A program made the translations under genes and the position numbers. Under the pieces are notes generated by a model, which was not told where the DNA came from, did not search any database, and saw only the letters and a program-made list of their open reading frames with translations. A stretch of 64,000 nt of DNA from Octopus sinensis (taxonomy: Eukaryota): the NCBI RefSeq assembly GCF_006345805.1, contig NC_043009.1, positions 36,642,001 through 36,706,000 of the forward strand, given 5' to 3'. Numbering within the stretch: position 1 is the stretch's first letter; the number at the start of each line of letters is the position of its first letter. Below, piece after piece: positions 1 to 11,929 of the stretch.

Positions 1-399
1 AAAACTTTAGTCAATTCCATCTCCAATCACTGTCAGGCTAGGTTTGAACTTGGAACCTACATTTCTGAATGAAGACAGTAATGTCCTTTATCTACCAAGC
101 CTAGTTTAGACAATTGTACACTAGAATGAAAAATCCAAGTACAGAACACTAGAATATCCTCCAGTATTGAACCTGGAAAAGTACAGGATAAGCAGGAAAA
201 AAAAAAAAAACTCTTAAAATATTGCTGCTGAAGTTAGAATTTAAATGTGCTTTTATATTTTTATTTTTATTTAAAATACTCAAGAAGCTATCATTTTCAA
301 TTTTAGTGAAAAGACCAATTGCTTGCAAGATTATACTTTAAAAAATTGATATTGTATATGAGACCTAAACCTGAAAACAATCTTCTATCTTTTACTGAA

Positions 400-662
400 G
401 CCTGGTACTTGTTCTATCGACCACTTTTGCTGAATGGCTAAATTACGGGGACAAAGAAACCAACAGCTGTTGTCAAGTGAAGGTGGGAGGAACACAAACA
501 TGTACACACATACATATGTGACAGGTAGTTTTGTTTACCAAATTCATTTGAAAGACATTCATCACAGCATGAAGCTAGAGTAGAAGACACTTGCCCAAGG
601 CACAACATGGTGGGACTGAACATCTGGTTGCAAAGTGAGCTGCTTAACAACACAGCCATGTC
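400..662 (-). mobile_element. Degenerate tRNA-derived CORE-type SINE
   Basis: Reverse complement of the family seen intact at 27030 and 55392 (GGCTGTGTGGT head, CCTTGGGCAAGTGTCTT core). Confidence 0.7.
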
Positions 663-841
663 TACAGCTAAGCTAAAAATGTTTAGAAAGAGCAATAAAA
701 ATTTCCTAAAATACAAAAAAAAAAAAAATGACACCTTGTTGAAAAGATTTTTTTTTTTACAATGCCTGCAAGACCAACAGGAGAACATAAGAAACATTGC
801 AGTGGCTGTTGCTGGTTAAGCCAAGTGAAATCATAATTATG

Positions 842-1053
842 GCCATCGCAGGTGTCATGTAAAAAGTACCCATGCTAGTGGCATGTAAAGAGCACTCATT
901 ACACTCTTGGAGTGGTTGGTGTTAAGAAGGGCATCCAGCCATAGAAACCATGACAAATCAAACTGGAACCTGATGCAGCTCTCTGGCTTACCAGTTCCAG
1001 TCAAACCATCTAATCCATGCCAGCATGGAAAATGGATGTTAAATGATGATGAT
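842..1053 (+). mobile_element. RTE LINE 3'UTR remnant with (GAT)n tail
   Basis: GTAAAAAGCAC...GGTTGGTGTTAAGAAGGGCATCCAGC...CCATGCCAGCATGG...GTTAAATGATGATGAT; same tail follows the RT C-terminus at 5290-6148. Confidence 0.75.
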
Positions 1054-1444
1054 TATGATAAGCATGTGGTTAACTGGCTTAAAATTATCAAAATGACCAC
1101 TTGTGTGCAATAGGTCTACACAACCAGAACTGACCTGGGCATTACATGTTTTTCTTTTTTTTGTTTGACACTTATGGTATCATTATCATATTTCTGTTGA
1201 AATATATTTTCCTTCCAATTAATTTCAGAAATAATGGAGAATATAGTAAAATAATATCATGATTATTAAGATGTTTAGAACATAAATTAACAAGAAATTT
1301 TAATGGGAAATTGTAATTTAGATCACTTTAGAAGTTTGTACCATAAAACCAAGGGCAATCTTGGGCAGTTTGGTATCAAAAAGGGTAAACTAAACATCCC
1401 TGTTGATATAGCACCTTGAACATCTCAAATTTTGTGTAATTTCT

Positions 1445-2075
1445 ATTTTTTGTGACTAAGAAGAAACCACATGGTTTTAGGTTCAGTCCCATTGTGTGGA
1501 AACTTTGGACTAGTGTTTTCTGTTATAGCCCTAGATTGACCTTCGTGAGTGAATTTGGTGGACAGAAACTGTATGAAGGCGGCAAGCTGGCAGAAACGGT
1601 AGAACACTGGGCGAAATGCTTAGCGGTATTTTGTCTGCCCTAACGTTCTGAGTTCAAATTCTGCCAAGGTCGACTTTACCTTTCATCCTTTTGGGGTCGA
1701 TAAACTAAGTATCAGTTATGCACTGGGGTCAATATAATCGACTTAATCCCTTTGTCTGTCCCCTCTGTGTATAGCCCCTTGTGGGAAATAAAGAAATAAG
1801 AAACTGTATGGAAGCTTCTCATTTATGCATGCATATATTTATGTGTGTGTATGTCTGTGCATGTCTCTCTGTGCGTGGGTTTCTCCTTCAACATACATTC
1901 ACTGCTTGACAAGTAGTGTTGGTTTGTCTACACCCCACTAACTTAGGGGTTCAGCAAAATAGCCCAACAGAATAATTACCAAACTTAGGGGGAAAAAAAA
2001 GTACTAGGGGTTGATTTGTCCGATTAAAATTTTTCAAAGCCACAGTCCAATGACTGAAACAGGTAAAAGATATTT
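1445..2075 (+). mobile_element. Old CORE-type SINE interrupted by a younger SINE
   Basis: Head and core at 1445-1575 resume after 1810 and end in the family tail GACTGAAACAGGTAAAAGA. Confidence 0.7.
1576..1798 (+). mobile_element. tRNA-derived SINE with Meta-like central domain, nested
   Basis: GGCGGCAAGCTGGCAGAA head, B-box GAGTTCAAATTC, GTCGACTTTACCTTTCATCC central domain. 12-bp TSD AGAAACTGTATG at 1564-1575 and 1799-1810. Assignment to the Meta superfamily is from memory. Confidence 0.85.
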
Positions 2076-2333
2076 AACATTATAAGTAATATCAATGATG
2101 AAATGTAAAAGCAATATCAAGTAAACTAAATTTGAATTCTCTAACATTCCTATATTAGGCATTCATCTATTAATGGTATTAGAGAAATAAATTTCTTAAA
2201 TAATGTTAAATGTTGTCACATGATGATAACTTGTAGTTATGACTACAATTAAATTAAGTGTGAAATCCATTTTCTCCAAAGTTAACAATTGACAAGAATG
2301 TAGATTTAAGAATAATGTCATGTTTTCTCTCAC

Positions 2334-2487
2334 CTTTAATGTCTGAGTATGGATGGCTTATACTAAAGGAATTTTTGTGCACTTGCATCCAGGCGAGTCG
2401 CTCCCCCATCAAATAAAGTGAACCATCCATCTTCTTGTGGCGAACATGGTTTATGATCAACAGAACCTCTTCTGAAGTCTTAGCCAT
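2334..2487 (-). CDS. GTF2H1: General transcription factor IIH subunit 1 (p62), first coding exon (PH-domain N-terminus); gene continues left beyond the window
   Basis: Translates MAKTSEEVLLIINHVRHKKMDGSLYLMGERLAWMQVHKNSFSISHPYSDIK, matching the human p62 N-terminus ([33 protein letters not shown]...HMYADIK). Donor AAAG|GTGAG at 2333 (phase 1); acceptor tttaccttcAG at 2511-2510 gives 22 nt of 5'UTR in this exon. Confidence 0.93.
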
Positions 2488-2604
2488 ACCGCCTTATCTT
2501 GATTGTCATCTGAAGGTAAAGAAATATGTTTGATATGAAATATAACTTACATATCACATGAAATATAACCAATACACTTGATATGAAATATAACACATAC
2601 ACAC

Positions 2605-2830
2605 ACATCATGCTGGCACGGGTCAGATGGTTTAAGAGGATCTGATGGGCCCTAGAAGTACACTCTGTTCTAGTGTCTGTTTGGCATGGTTTCTATGGCG
2701 GGATGTCCTTCCTAATACCAACCACTTGACAGTAGTATGTACTGGATGCTTTTTTTGTGCTACCAGCGCTAGCAAGGTTGTCATGCATATAGCTTTCAAG
2801 ATTATGAACCTCATGCAGGGAAGGGGAGCA
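2605..2830 (-). mobile_element. RTE LINE 3'UTR remnant
   Basis: CATGCTGGCACGGG...GGATGTCCTTCCTAATACCAACCAC, reverse of the RTE tail family. Confidence 0.65.
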
Positions 2831-3369
2831 AGCAGCTTTCTAAGTGAAAAAGAACTATATGACTATTCATGTTTTAGAAGACAGGGTTGAGAGCTGGGGA
2901 TTGGTGATGGTTTCAAGGTGAACCTTCTAGGTACAAGGAGGGTAGTAATGAACTGGGTAGGGGTGTCAGAAGTGAGTGGGAGGAGTCAGGGATTCTAGTG
3001 TGGGGTTATATAATAGAAACAATATGTTTAACAATGGGATGAAAGAGAGCAGGAGTGGATGGGGAGAAGAGGCAGGCAAGTGTATGAGGGTGGGATGTAT
3101 GGTGGTGGTGAGAGTACAGAAAGATTTTGGGGTGATCAATGAAAGTATGGGTGAAGATCAGAATTAATGGATGAACAAAAGGTAACGAGTTAAGTGGTTC
3201 TAGATAAGTAACAAAAGTGAAATAAAAAGGGAACTGCATTTAGGGAAATGGTAGGTGGTGGGTGTCTTGAGGAGGGAGGGAATTGGCCCAATCATATTTG
3301 TTTGTGCATGTGTGCATATTTATATAGTGGCCCCATCTAATAGGCCACTATAGGATAGCAAACAATCCT

Positions 3370-4870
3370 ATCTCAAATAAACACTGCTTGAAAGTGAAAG
3401 TGAATTCAAACATTCCCATGAGAAGGAGAGGACAGTGAAAGAAGCCAGTGCTGTAAAAAAAATGTAAAGACAACCCCTAAAGTCTTCTACAGATTTGCAA
3501 AAGTCTGCTTCAGTATGGCAAAAGATAAGACCACTGTTCGAAGAAAATGGCCCACCAACTGCAGATCCCCAGAGGATAAGTGAAACACTGAATGTACAAT
3601 AAAAAGTGATTTTATAACCCCATTGGGACACTTGTAAAAAGCTATACTCGATGAGTTCTTTGTACCACAACTCTACACAAAGAGATGGCAATTATTGATA
3701 ACATCGAAATAGAGGAAACTGATGTAATATCAGCTATTGATGAAATGAGCTTAAACTCAGCCACAGGCCCTAATGGATTCTCAGCAATCCCCCTAAAGAA
3801 ATGCAAAGGGGTTTTAGCAAGACAACTACAGATCCTCTTCCAAAGCTGCTTTGCAATGGGGAGATTTCCCAGAAAGTTAAAGGAAGGTCTATGTCTTATA
3901 TGTAAAGTGGGTAGCAGGGTAGATGCTAAAAATTATAGGCCTGTCTCTCTAACCTTCCATGTCAGTAAAGTCATGGAATGCCTTGTCAAGAGGAAACTGA
4001 TTGCATTTCAGGAAGACAATGACTTGCTCTCTGACACCCAGCATGGCTTCTGCTCAGGAAAAAGCTGCCTTACACAGCCTTTGCAGCACTATGACTGGGT
4101 GTTGAAACAATTAATGAATCGCGCAAACGTGGATGTGATATATCTTGACTTTGATAAGGTTGATCATGGGATATGTCACAAGCTACAGAGACTTGGCATA
4201 GTTGGAAAACTAAGAGAGTGGTTACATGACTTCTAACAAGACAGGAGTCAGGCTGTGGCAGCCAGTGGGGCCCCTCTCCAAGGAGACAGCAATAGCAAGT
4301 GGAATACCTCAAAGAACTGTCTTGGGGTAGCTGTTGTTTATGGTGGCTCTTTTGGACATGCCATCATGCTGATGACACAAAAGTAGTAGAAGCAGTCAAG
4401 GAACCTTCTGATGATAATCTTCTACAGAAAGACCTAGATGCCATATATAAATGGGCTGAAGAAAACAACATGCAATTTAATGCAGGGAAATTTCGAGTCT
4501 TCTGCTAACAGCTGGCTTCTCCTAACATGTTGCAAATAATACTTTGCACCAAAGGGAGCAGCAATCCCAGAGTCAAGTATGATGCATGATCTGGGGATTG
4601 ATATGAGCAACAATGCCTCATTTCATGTGCATATCACCAAGATGGTGGCAATGAGCAGGGTGAATGGTCAGATGGATTCTAAGAACTTTCAAAACAAGGG
4701 ACCGGGAAACTATGCTGGCTCTATGGAGAATATCTGTCCTCAGCCACCTGGACTACTGTTCTCAACTGTGGTCACCTCACAGTATTAACAGAACTTGAGA
4801 CAATTCAACAGTACTGCACCAGGAAGATTGCATCAATAGAACAGTTGAGCTACTGGGAGAGACCGAAAGA
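3370..4870 (+). mobile_element. Decayed CR1/Jockey-group non-LTR retrotransposon ORF2 (RT domain)
   Basis: NYRPVSLT, QHGF.SGKSCLTQ, DVIYLDFDKVDHG, (F/Y)ADD-like HADDTK, LQKDLDAIYKWAEENNMQFNAGK, DLGIDMS; frameshifts and stops. Confidence 0.9.
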
Positions 4871-5289
4871 GCACCTTTGGTTGCAACTATCTGACATCTA
4901 AAATGTCATGCAACCACTCTCCTAGTTTTCTGGTGATACCAAGGTCACATGGTTTGTGACATATCATCACAGGATGAACTTTGGCAAAGCTGAGATATTT
5001 CTCATTCACATCTGAGTGGTTGAACTGCTATTTCAGTAACCAGTTATAATGCTGTAGTAGCTGTGTAAAGCAGTTAACTTTCTAGACAGAAACCATGTGG
5101 TGTGTTAGTGAGCAAGTTATTTTCTTCCAGGAACATGAGCAGCTTACTTCTGACAATGTGTACTAATAAGTAGGAAGGCAGGCAAACCACAAATCCCTTC
5201 AGGTCCTCCTCGATCTGTAGCAGAGGTGTAGGTAGAAACTCAGATGTACCCAGTGTAAGCTATGGATACATAAGAGGTGCAGCAATATC

Positions 5290-6148
5290 AAAGGAAGGCT
5301 AACTGGGAAGAGAGTTTTTGTATGTGGCAGATGCTCAGGAGCAATAAAAACTGAAAATGTGCAGAGAACAACTTCCATTACCTAGGTAGCGGGGAGGGTG
5401 CACTGAAAGTGTAGCTCCTAGAATAAGAATAGCCTGGGCAAAGTTCAGAAAGCTCTTACCTCTGCTGGTGACAAAGGGCCTCTCACTCAGAGTAAAAGGT
5501 AGACTGTATGACGCATGTGTATGAACAGCTATGCTACATGGCAGTGAAACATGGGCTGTGACTGCTGAGGACATACGTAAGCTTGCAAGGAATGAAGCTA
5601 GTATGATCCGATGGATGTGTAATGTCAGTGTGCATACTCAACAGAGTGTAAGTACCTTGAGAGAAAAGTTGGACCTAAGAAGCATCAGATATGGTGTGCA
5701 AGAGAGATGACTGCGCTGGTTTGGTCATATGATGCAAATAGATGCTGACAGCTCTATGAAGATATGGTATGAAGTACTGAAGGACGACTTCAGGGTGATG
5801 AACCTTTCAGACAAGATGACAAAGGACAGAGATACCTGGCACCTTGCTATACTCAAGAAGACCATGCAAGACAGCGGAAGTGTTAAGGCCACTTCCCCTG
5901 GTGAAGAAGATTGGCCTGCAAGAGTCCTGTGCCAATGCCATGTAAGAAGCAGTTGTGCTGGTACCACATAGAAGCACAAGTGTGGTGCCATATAAAAGCA
6001 TCCTGCACACTCCGTAAAGTGTTAGGAAGGTCATCCAGCTCTAGAAACCATGCCAAATCAAATTAGAGTCTGATGCAGCTCCCCAGCTCTGGTCAAACCG
6101 TCCAATCCATGCCAGCATGGACAATAGATGTTAAATGATGATGATGAT
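5290..6148 (+). mobile_element. 5'-truncated RTE LINE (RT C-terminus + 3'UTR + (GAT)n tail)
   Basis: WAKFRKLLPLLVTKGLSLRVKGRLYDACV...LHGSETWAV...LRWFGH, followed by the tail repeat found many times in the window. Confidence 0.9.
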
Positions 6149-6499
6149 CCTGGGAAGTACTATATGCAAATGATTTAATTTTTCTAATGGAATCTGTAAT
6201 AGAATTAGAACAGAAATTTCAGGTGTTGAAGCAAAACTGGGAATCAAAGTTAAAGACCAAAAATTTACTAAGCAGGAAATAGTCCTGCTTGACATGGGAG
6301 AAAGGTGTAGGTAGAAATTCCATATGGTGTACCCAGAGCAAGCTATAAAAGCACAATAGATGCAATGGAATCACAGGAAGGTTAATGGAGAAAGCAGACT
6401 CTGTTATCAGCATTATTGTTTATTGCACAAGCAATAAACAATAAGAACATATGAAAAATGAATTTTCTCAAAAGCCCCAAAGGTTCCATAGAGGCAGCA

Positions 6500-6828
6500 G
6501 ATTCAAGAACCCCTTTGGTCATGAATGACCATGGAACTGCACCTAGAAAGTTACCCTCAAAGGCACAAGCCTGGGCAAGGTTGTTCATGGAAGACCAGCA
6601 ATCTCCCATGCATACCAGCCTCCCCTCTCCATGCCAGTGATGTTATCCAAAGGAAAGGCAAAGGCTGATACAGCTTGGTGCCAGTGAAGTTACAACTCAT
6701 TTCCATAGCTGAGTGAAGTGGAGTGACATGAAATAAAGTGCCTTGTTCAAGAACACAACATGCAGCTCAGTCTGGGAATCAAACTCACTACCTCATGATT
6801 GTGAGCCCAATGCTCTAACCACTGAGCT
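6500..6828 (-). mobile_element. Third tRNA-derived SINE family
   Basis: Minus-strand head GCTCAGTGGTTAGAGC (A box) ... GAGTTTGATTCCC (B box), then GTGTTCTTGAACAAGGCACTT core-like segment. Confidence 0.7.
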
Positions 6829-6831
6829 CAG

Positions 6832-7320
6832 ATAGTTTGTTATTTAGATGACCTACTTAACAATGGTGGAGGATATTCTGAAAGTATAGTCGCTAGAATA
6901 AGATCGGAATGGAGAACGTTCAGAGAACTATTACCCCTCTTGGCAACAAAAAGGTCTCTCTGAGTAAATGGCAGGTTTTATGACACTTATGTGTGAAAAA
7001 CAATATTACATGGCAGTGAGATATGGACCCTGAATGCTGAGGATATGTGACGATTAGAAAGTAATGAAGCTAATATGCTGAAATATATGTGCAAATATTT
7101 TGAGTGAAAAAAGTTGAGAATAGGAGGAAACAAATGTGTGCAAGAGAGAAGACTGTATTAGTATGATTATGTGATGTATATAGATGAGGACAATTGTATA
7201 AAGAAGTACTGTTCACTTAAAGTGATTGGAATTCATGGAAGAGGGAGACCCAAGAAGACATAAGACAAAGTACTGAAGGTTGATCTCAAGTTGTACCTCA
7301 CAGAAGAGGTGAGAAAGGAC
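6832..7320 (+). mobile_element. RTE LINE RT C-terminal fragment
   Basis: DSFCYL.DLLNNGGGYSESIVARIRS.WRTFRELLPLLATK, LHGSEIWTL; same family as 5290-6148. Confidence 0.8.
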
Positions 7321-7341
7321 TTGATTGGCTTTTCATTGTGC

Positions 7342-7548
7342 TCAACCCTTTCATTACTGTATTTATTTTAAGATGCTCTGTTTTTCTTTCAATTATTTTT
7401 GATATAACAAAGAATTTAGTAAAATGACTTAGTTAGCATTAAGCTAGTGTTAGGAACATAAGGTTTGGCAGAAGATTTTAATTCAGAACTTTTGAAAACA
7501 GACATTTGTGCTACAGAGCCAGAGCCGGGTTGGTAACAAAAGGGTTAA
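7342..7548. mobile_element. piggyBac-like MITE (TTAA-CCC termini)
   Basis: Ends TCAACCCTTT... and ...GGTAACAAAAGGGTTAA; related copies at 18491-18718 and 24293-24518. Confidence 0.65.
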
Positions 7549-8174
7549 GGAGACTGATCTGCGCAGTGAAAGTAAAGTCCCAAAAGCAATACGTCTATAC
7601 ATTCAGTGGGTCCTAACCCTGCACCTAATCTGTTCCCTTCAGCTTTCCCTACATTCCCTAACTCTTCTACCTATGGCATTATTCAGCTACTGCAATTATA
7701 TGAAAGCAGAACATACACTTATTTCATCCTCTTTTGTGCTACCAGTTATCTCCCCCACTCCCTAGAACCACTTCCTTTTAAAATTCATGCCCTTTTCTCA
7801 ATATCATCTCATCCCATTTTATGTTTCACTCATCACTCCTTTCTGTGCCTTCAGTGCTCAATTTTTCTCTCAAAATGTTTGCACATCCATTCAAGCATAT
7901 TAGTTTCATTACTTTCTAGTCATTACATGCCTTAGGAATGCCATACCTCAGCTTTAACACCCTTCATGCCTGCTGTCGACACCCCCACCCCACTCACTAG
8001 CCATCTCTAGATATCTCTGACTGCCAATTCTTTCAATGTACATGTCTTTTTCTGTCCCTACTCTCCTGCTCTGCTTATCTTGTTTTCTTATCTATTTACA
8101 GGCTCAATACAATCCTGTAGCCTATTGGATCCTAACTGTTCAACCCCTGCTAGCATAGAAGACAGGCATCAAGA

Positions 8175-8214
<40 letters not shown>

Positions 8215-8599
8215 TTCCAGTATATGCAATTGAGGCAAATTTCTAATTTGATATTGCTGCTCTGACACCCCATCACCACTATCTTTTCTCTTCCAGCTAT
8301 TCCTACATTCCTACCCATCCTTATATAACATGGAGCATCTCTATAGCACACCTGTGCCTCTCCCCCCATCACACTTTAGCATCTCAACACCTGGCATAAT
8401 TCCACCTCCCCATCTACTACAACTTCACTAGTGCTAGCATCATGAAAAAAAAGTACCAGTATACTCTGTAAAGTGGTTGGTGTCAGGAAAGGCACCTTGC
8501 CCTAAAAGCTATGCCAAAGCAGATGTTAAACTTGACAATCTTCTGACAGAAAAACAAATACATAACTAATGAACAAACAAATATAAACATACATAAATA

Positions 8600-8835
8600 C
8601 ATATTATGGCTGCCCCCTCGTTATCGAGTATGGCCATTGCACGAAGCTTAACTGTTACTGGTGCTGTGATCGAATGTGACTTTTTAGCCCAGCTAAAGAT
8701 CTACAATGTCTTGTACAGAATTGGCGACTAAAACCTTTACCGGTAATAGCCGGCTGTAGTTGTAACTGGGCTTCATGTACCCTTGCATGTCGTTTAAGTC
8801 CTCCTGCCAAATTACCCTCTCTTCCACATACCCGA
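8600..8835 (-). mobile_element. RTE LINE 3' end with two zinc-finger-like motifs
   Basis: HICRVCGR..LAGGLKRHARVH and QFCTRHCRSLAGLKSHIRSQH followed by a short 3'UTR; CpGs retained. Confidence 0.75.
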
Positions 8836-9258
8836 CAGATATGATTAATATGGTGTGTTACATAAATACATATACAAATAAACATACACACATATTTATG
8901 AATACACATATATACTATGTCAGCAGCACGTAAAAACACCCTTGCTGGTGCCATGTAAAAAGCACCCATGACATTCTGTAAAGTGAGTGGCATAAGGAAG
9001 GGCATCTAGCCATAGAAACCAAGCCAAATCAAACTGGAACCTGATGCAGCTCTGGCCAAACTGTCCAACCCATTCCGACATGGAAAATGGACATTAAATG
9101 ATGATGATGACATATATATGTGTATGTATATATACACATACACTGATGAGGTTCAGTAGACTGAAATCACACGAAATGGGAGTTCTGGCACCCATAAGAG
9201 ATTATTCTTATATTACAATTTACATACACACACACACGTATGTGTGTGTGTGTGTGTG

Positions 9259-9289
<31 letters not shown>

Positions 9290-9599
9290 CATTATCATCA
9301 GATAATGTTCACCCTCCATGTTGGCATAGACTGGGCTCTCTCTCTCTCTATACACACAAAGAAAAAGTTAAATACAAATACTTATCTGTATGTTCAATGT
9401 TAGTGTGCATGGAGAACAAAGTACAAATGTTCAGAGAGAAAAAATTGGGCATACATTTCTGCCTCTTTCCAGATGGAGAAGTCCTGCATTCACTTCTTCA
9501 GCAAAGGACTTGGTATTGTTCTTCTATCATACTTTCATTTCCCTCATTACCATACTCCACTTAGTTGAGGGATCTTGTCTTGCAGGTACACGGCGATAT

Positions 9600-9800
9600 C
9601 ACCAGTGCTGGTGCCACAACCCCCACCACCAAAGTAAAACATTCAACACACTCTAAAGTGGTTGGTATAAGGAAAAATATCCAGCTATAGAAATCATGCC
9701 AAAGCAGACTTTGGAGCTCAGTGCAGCCCTCTTTGTCAGTTCATGTTGATCCCACCAACACATGCCAGCAAAGAAAAAAATGACATTAAATGATGATGAT
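9600..9800 (+). mobile_element. RTE 3'UTR remnant (tail-to-tail with next copy)
   Basis: Family motifs ending TTAAATGATGATGAT at 9800. Confidence 0.7.
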
Positions 9801-9817
9801 ATAAGCATACATATATA

Positions 9818-10170
9818 TCATCATTTAACATCCGCTTTCCATGCTAGCATGGGTTGGACGATTTGACTGAGGTTTGGCAAACCAGACTCCAATCTGATCT
9901 GGCAGAGTTTCTACAGCTAGATGCCCTTCCTAACGCCTACCACTCCGAGAGTGTAGTGGGTGCTTTTACGTGCCACCGGCACGAGGGTCAGTTTGGTGGT
10001 ACTGGCAACAGCCATGCCCAAATGGTGCTTTTTACGTGCCACCTGCACTGGCGACAACCTTGCTCGAATATTTCACATGCCACCAGCACAAGTGCTAGTA
10101 AGGCGACGCGGTAACGATCACACTTGAATGGTGTGCTTAACATGCCATCGGCACAGAGGCCAGCTTGTTG
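9818..10170 (-). mobile_element. RTE 3'UTR copy with internal repeat units
   Basis: CATCATTTAACATCCGCTTTCCATGCTAGCATGGG...GGTGCTTTTACGTGCCACC repeated. Confidence 0.8.
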
Positions 10171-10197
10171 CTCTGGCAACTCACACACATTTATATA

Positions 10198-10575
10198 TCA
10201 TCATCATCATCATCGTTTAACGTCCGTTCTCCATGCTAGCATGGGTTGGACGGTTCGACCGGGGATCTGGGAAGCCAGGAGGCTGCACCAGGCTCCGGTC
10301 TTATCTGGCAATGTTTCTACAGCTGGATGCCCTTCCTAACGCCAACCACTCTGAGTGTAGTGGGTGCTTTTTACGTGCCACCTGCACTGGAGCCAGGCGA
10401 GGCTGGCATTGGCCACGGTCGGATTGGTGCATTTTACGTGCCACCTGCATGGAAGCCAGTCGAGGTAGCACTGGCTTCGGCCACGATTCGGATGGTGCTT
10501 TTTATGTGCCATCGACACGAAAGCCAGTCGAGGCGGCGCTGGCAGCGGCCACGATTCGGATAGTGCTTTTTACGT
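10198..10575 (-). mobile_element. Young RTE 3'UTR copy with four 63-68 bp internal units
   Basis: (ATC)n tail at 10198; repeat cores GGTGC(T/A)TTTTACGTGCCA at 10363, 10426, 10494, 10562. Confidence 0.85.
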
Positions 10576-11929
10576 ATCTCCACATATATATATGTGATTA
10601 AACAGAGTCCAAAGAAGCTAGTGTTAGTCTGATTCAGCAAGACATACAGTAAACTTGATGGAATGAGTACAGTGAACTTGTTGTGGGGAAGGGAAATCCA
10701 ATGTTTCAGACAGAGTCATCTACAAAGAAAATTTAAAAGAGATATTAAGAGACTGTAACTTAGAGGATGTAAAACTATTGTCTCTCAACTTTTCCTTGAA
10801 AGACTGTCTGAAACATTGGATTTTTCACTCCCCATGGCAAGTTCACTGTACACTTTTTATAGATTTTTCTGTGTCTCTTTGTCTCTATATTTATATATGC
10901 GCACACACACATCATCACCATCGCAGATATAAATATTTATCACACGTGCTCTATCATTTTTATGTCTGTTTTCCATGCTAGCATAAGTTGGATAGTTTAA
11001 CAGGATCCATGGGACAGGAACAATGTCTTTTTTCAGTATCTCAGCTATGGAATGGTTCCTATAGCTGGAAGTGTACTGGGCGATTTTTAATTATTTTTTT
11101 TTTATCACAGCACCAGTACTAGTGAAGTCACCTTGTAGCACGTGACTGAAGAGCCCCCCACCAGGTGAGGATAGGAAATAGGGTGAGTGATTTATGTAAC
11201 TTAAAGTCTGACAGAGGGGCAGGGACAAGTTTATTGTAGAGAGGGAGGACCCTGGCTGGCTCTCATTTTACATGTGGATGGCTGTGGCTGGAATGGCGCC
11301 AGAAAGAGAGAGAAATATGATCAAGGTACCATCAACGTAACATGTACAAGAAGGTGAATAGAAGGAAGTTGGGAGCAGAAGAATCAGTGAAGGTGGGTAA
11401 GGTTGCAAGAGGAGGTGGAGTGGGATGTGAGAGGCGGATAGAAACATGAAGTAGGTGGTCAGATGTACATAGGAGTGAAGTTTACCGTTTAAATAGAGAA
11501 CAAGGGTGAATGGGGAGAGGGGTTCGATGGTAAACATGAATGGGGCGCAACGTAAAAACGACAGGTGGAAGTCACTTGTTCAGAAGAGGGAGCAGTGACT
11601 GTCAGTACTGAAATGGTGATATGATATATGGTTTGTAACTATATATATGCATGCAGCTCTCTCTCTACATATATACGCACACACACACACACACACGTAT
11701 ATATATATATATATATATAAATACATAAATACACACACACACGTGTATATATATATATATATACATACACACACACATATTTAGCCACATATACATATTT
11801 ATGCACATATACACATATATGAGATGAGTTTGTGCCAATTTATTGCAGTTTATTAAAATCGAAAAAAGTTTCAAAACAAAGAAAATTTAAAAAGAATAAA
11901 TTTAATTTTTAAAAAGAAATCATTAATTT

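Noticed and set aside
55-200. Strong minus-strand acceptor at 174-173 as next GTF2H1 exon
   Set aside because: The phase-1 translation (GSILEDILVFCTW...) does not resemble the p62 continuation (QKISPEGK...) and stops after 39 codons; at most a cryptic site.
3685-4236. 183-aa ORF as a host or domesticated reverse transcriptase
   Set aside because: Flanked by frameshifted, stop-containing continuation of the same LINE ORF2, with internal motif deletions; a decayed TE.
9143-9200. CUGAUGA followed by GAAA motifs and a UGGG/CCCA stem
   Set aside because: Helix II is weak in either register and no helix I partner exists; cannot be folded as a complete hammerhead.
10363-10575. CRISPR-like repeat-spacer appearance
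   Set aside because: Spacers are paralogous to each other, repeats are degenerate, the array lies inside an RTE 3'UTR in a eukaryotic genome, and no cas genes are present.
11582-11615. CAGAAGA...GAAA hammerhead-like spacing
   Set aside because: U4 is missing, helix II has several mismatches, and there is no helix I or palindromic helix III.
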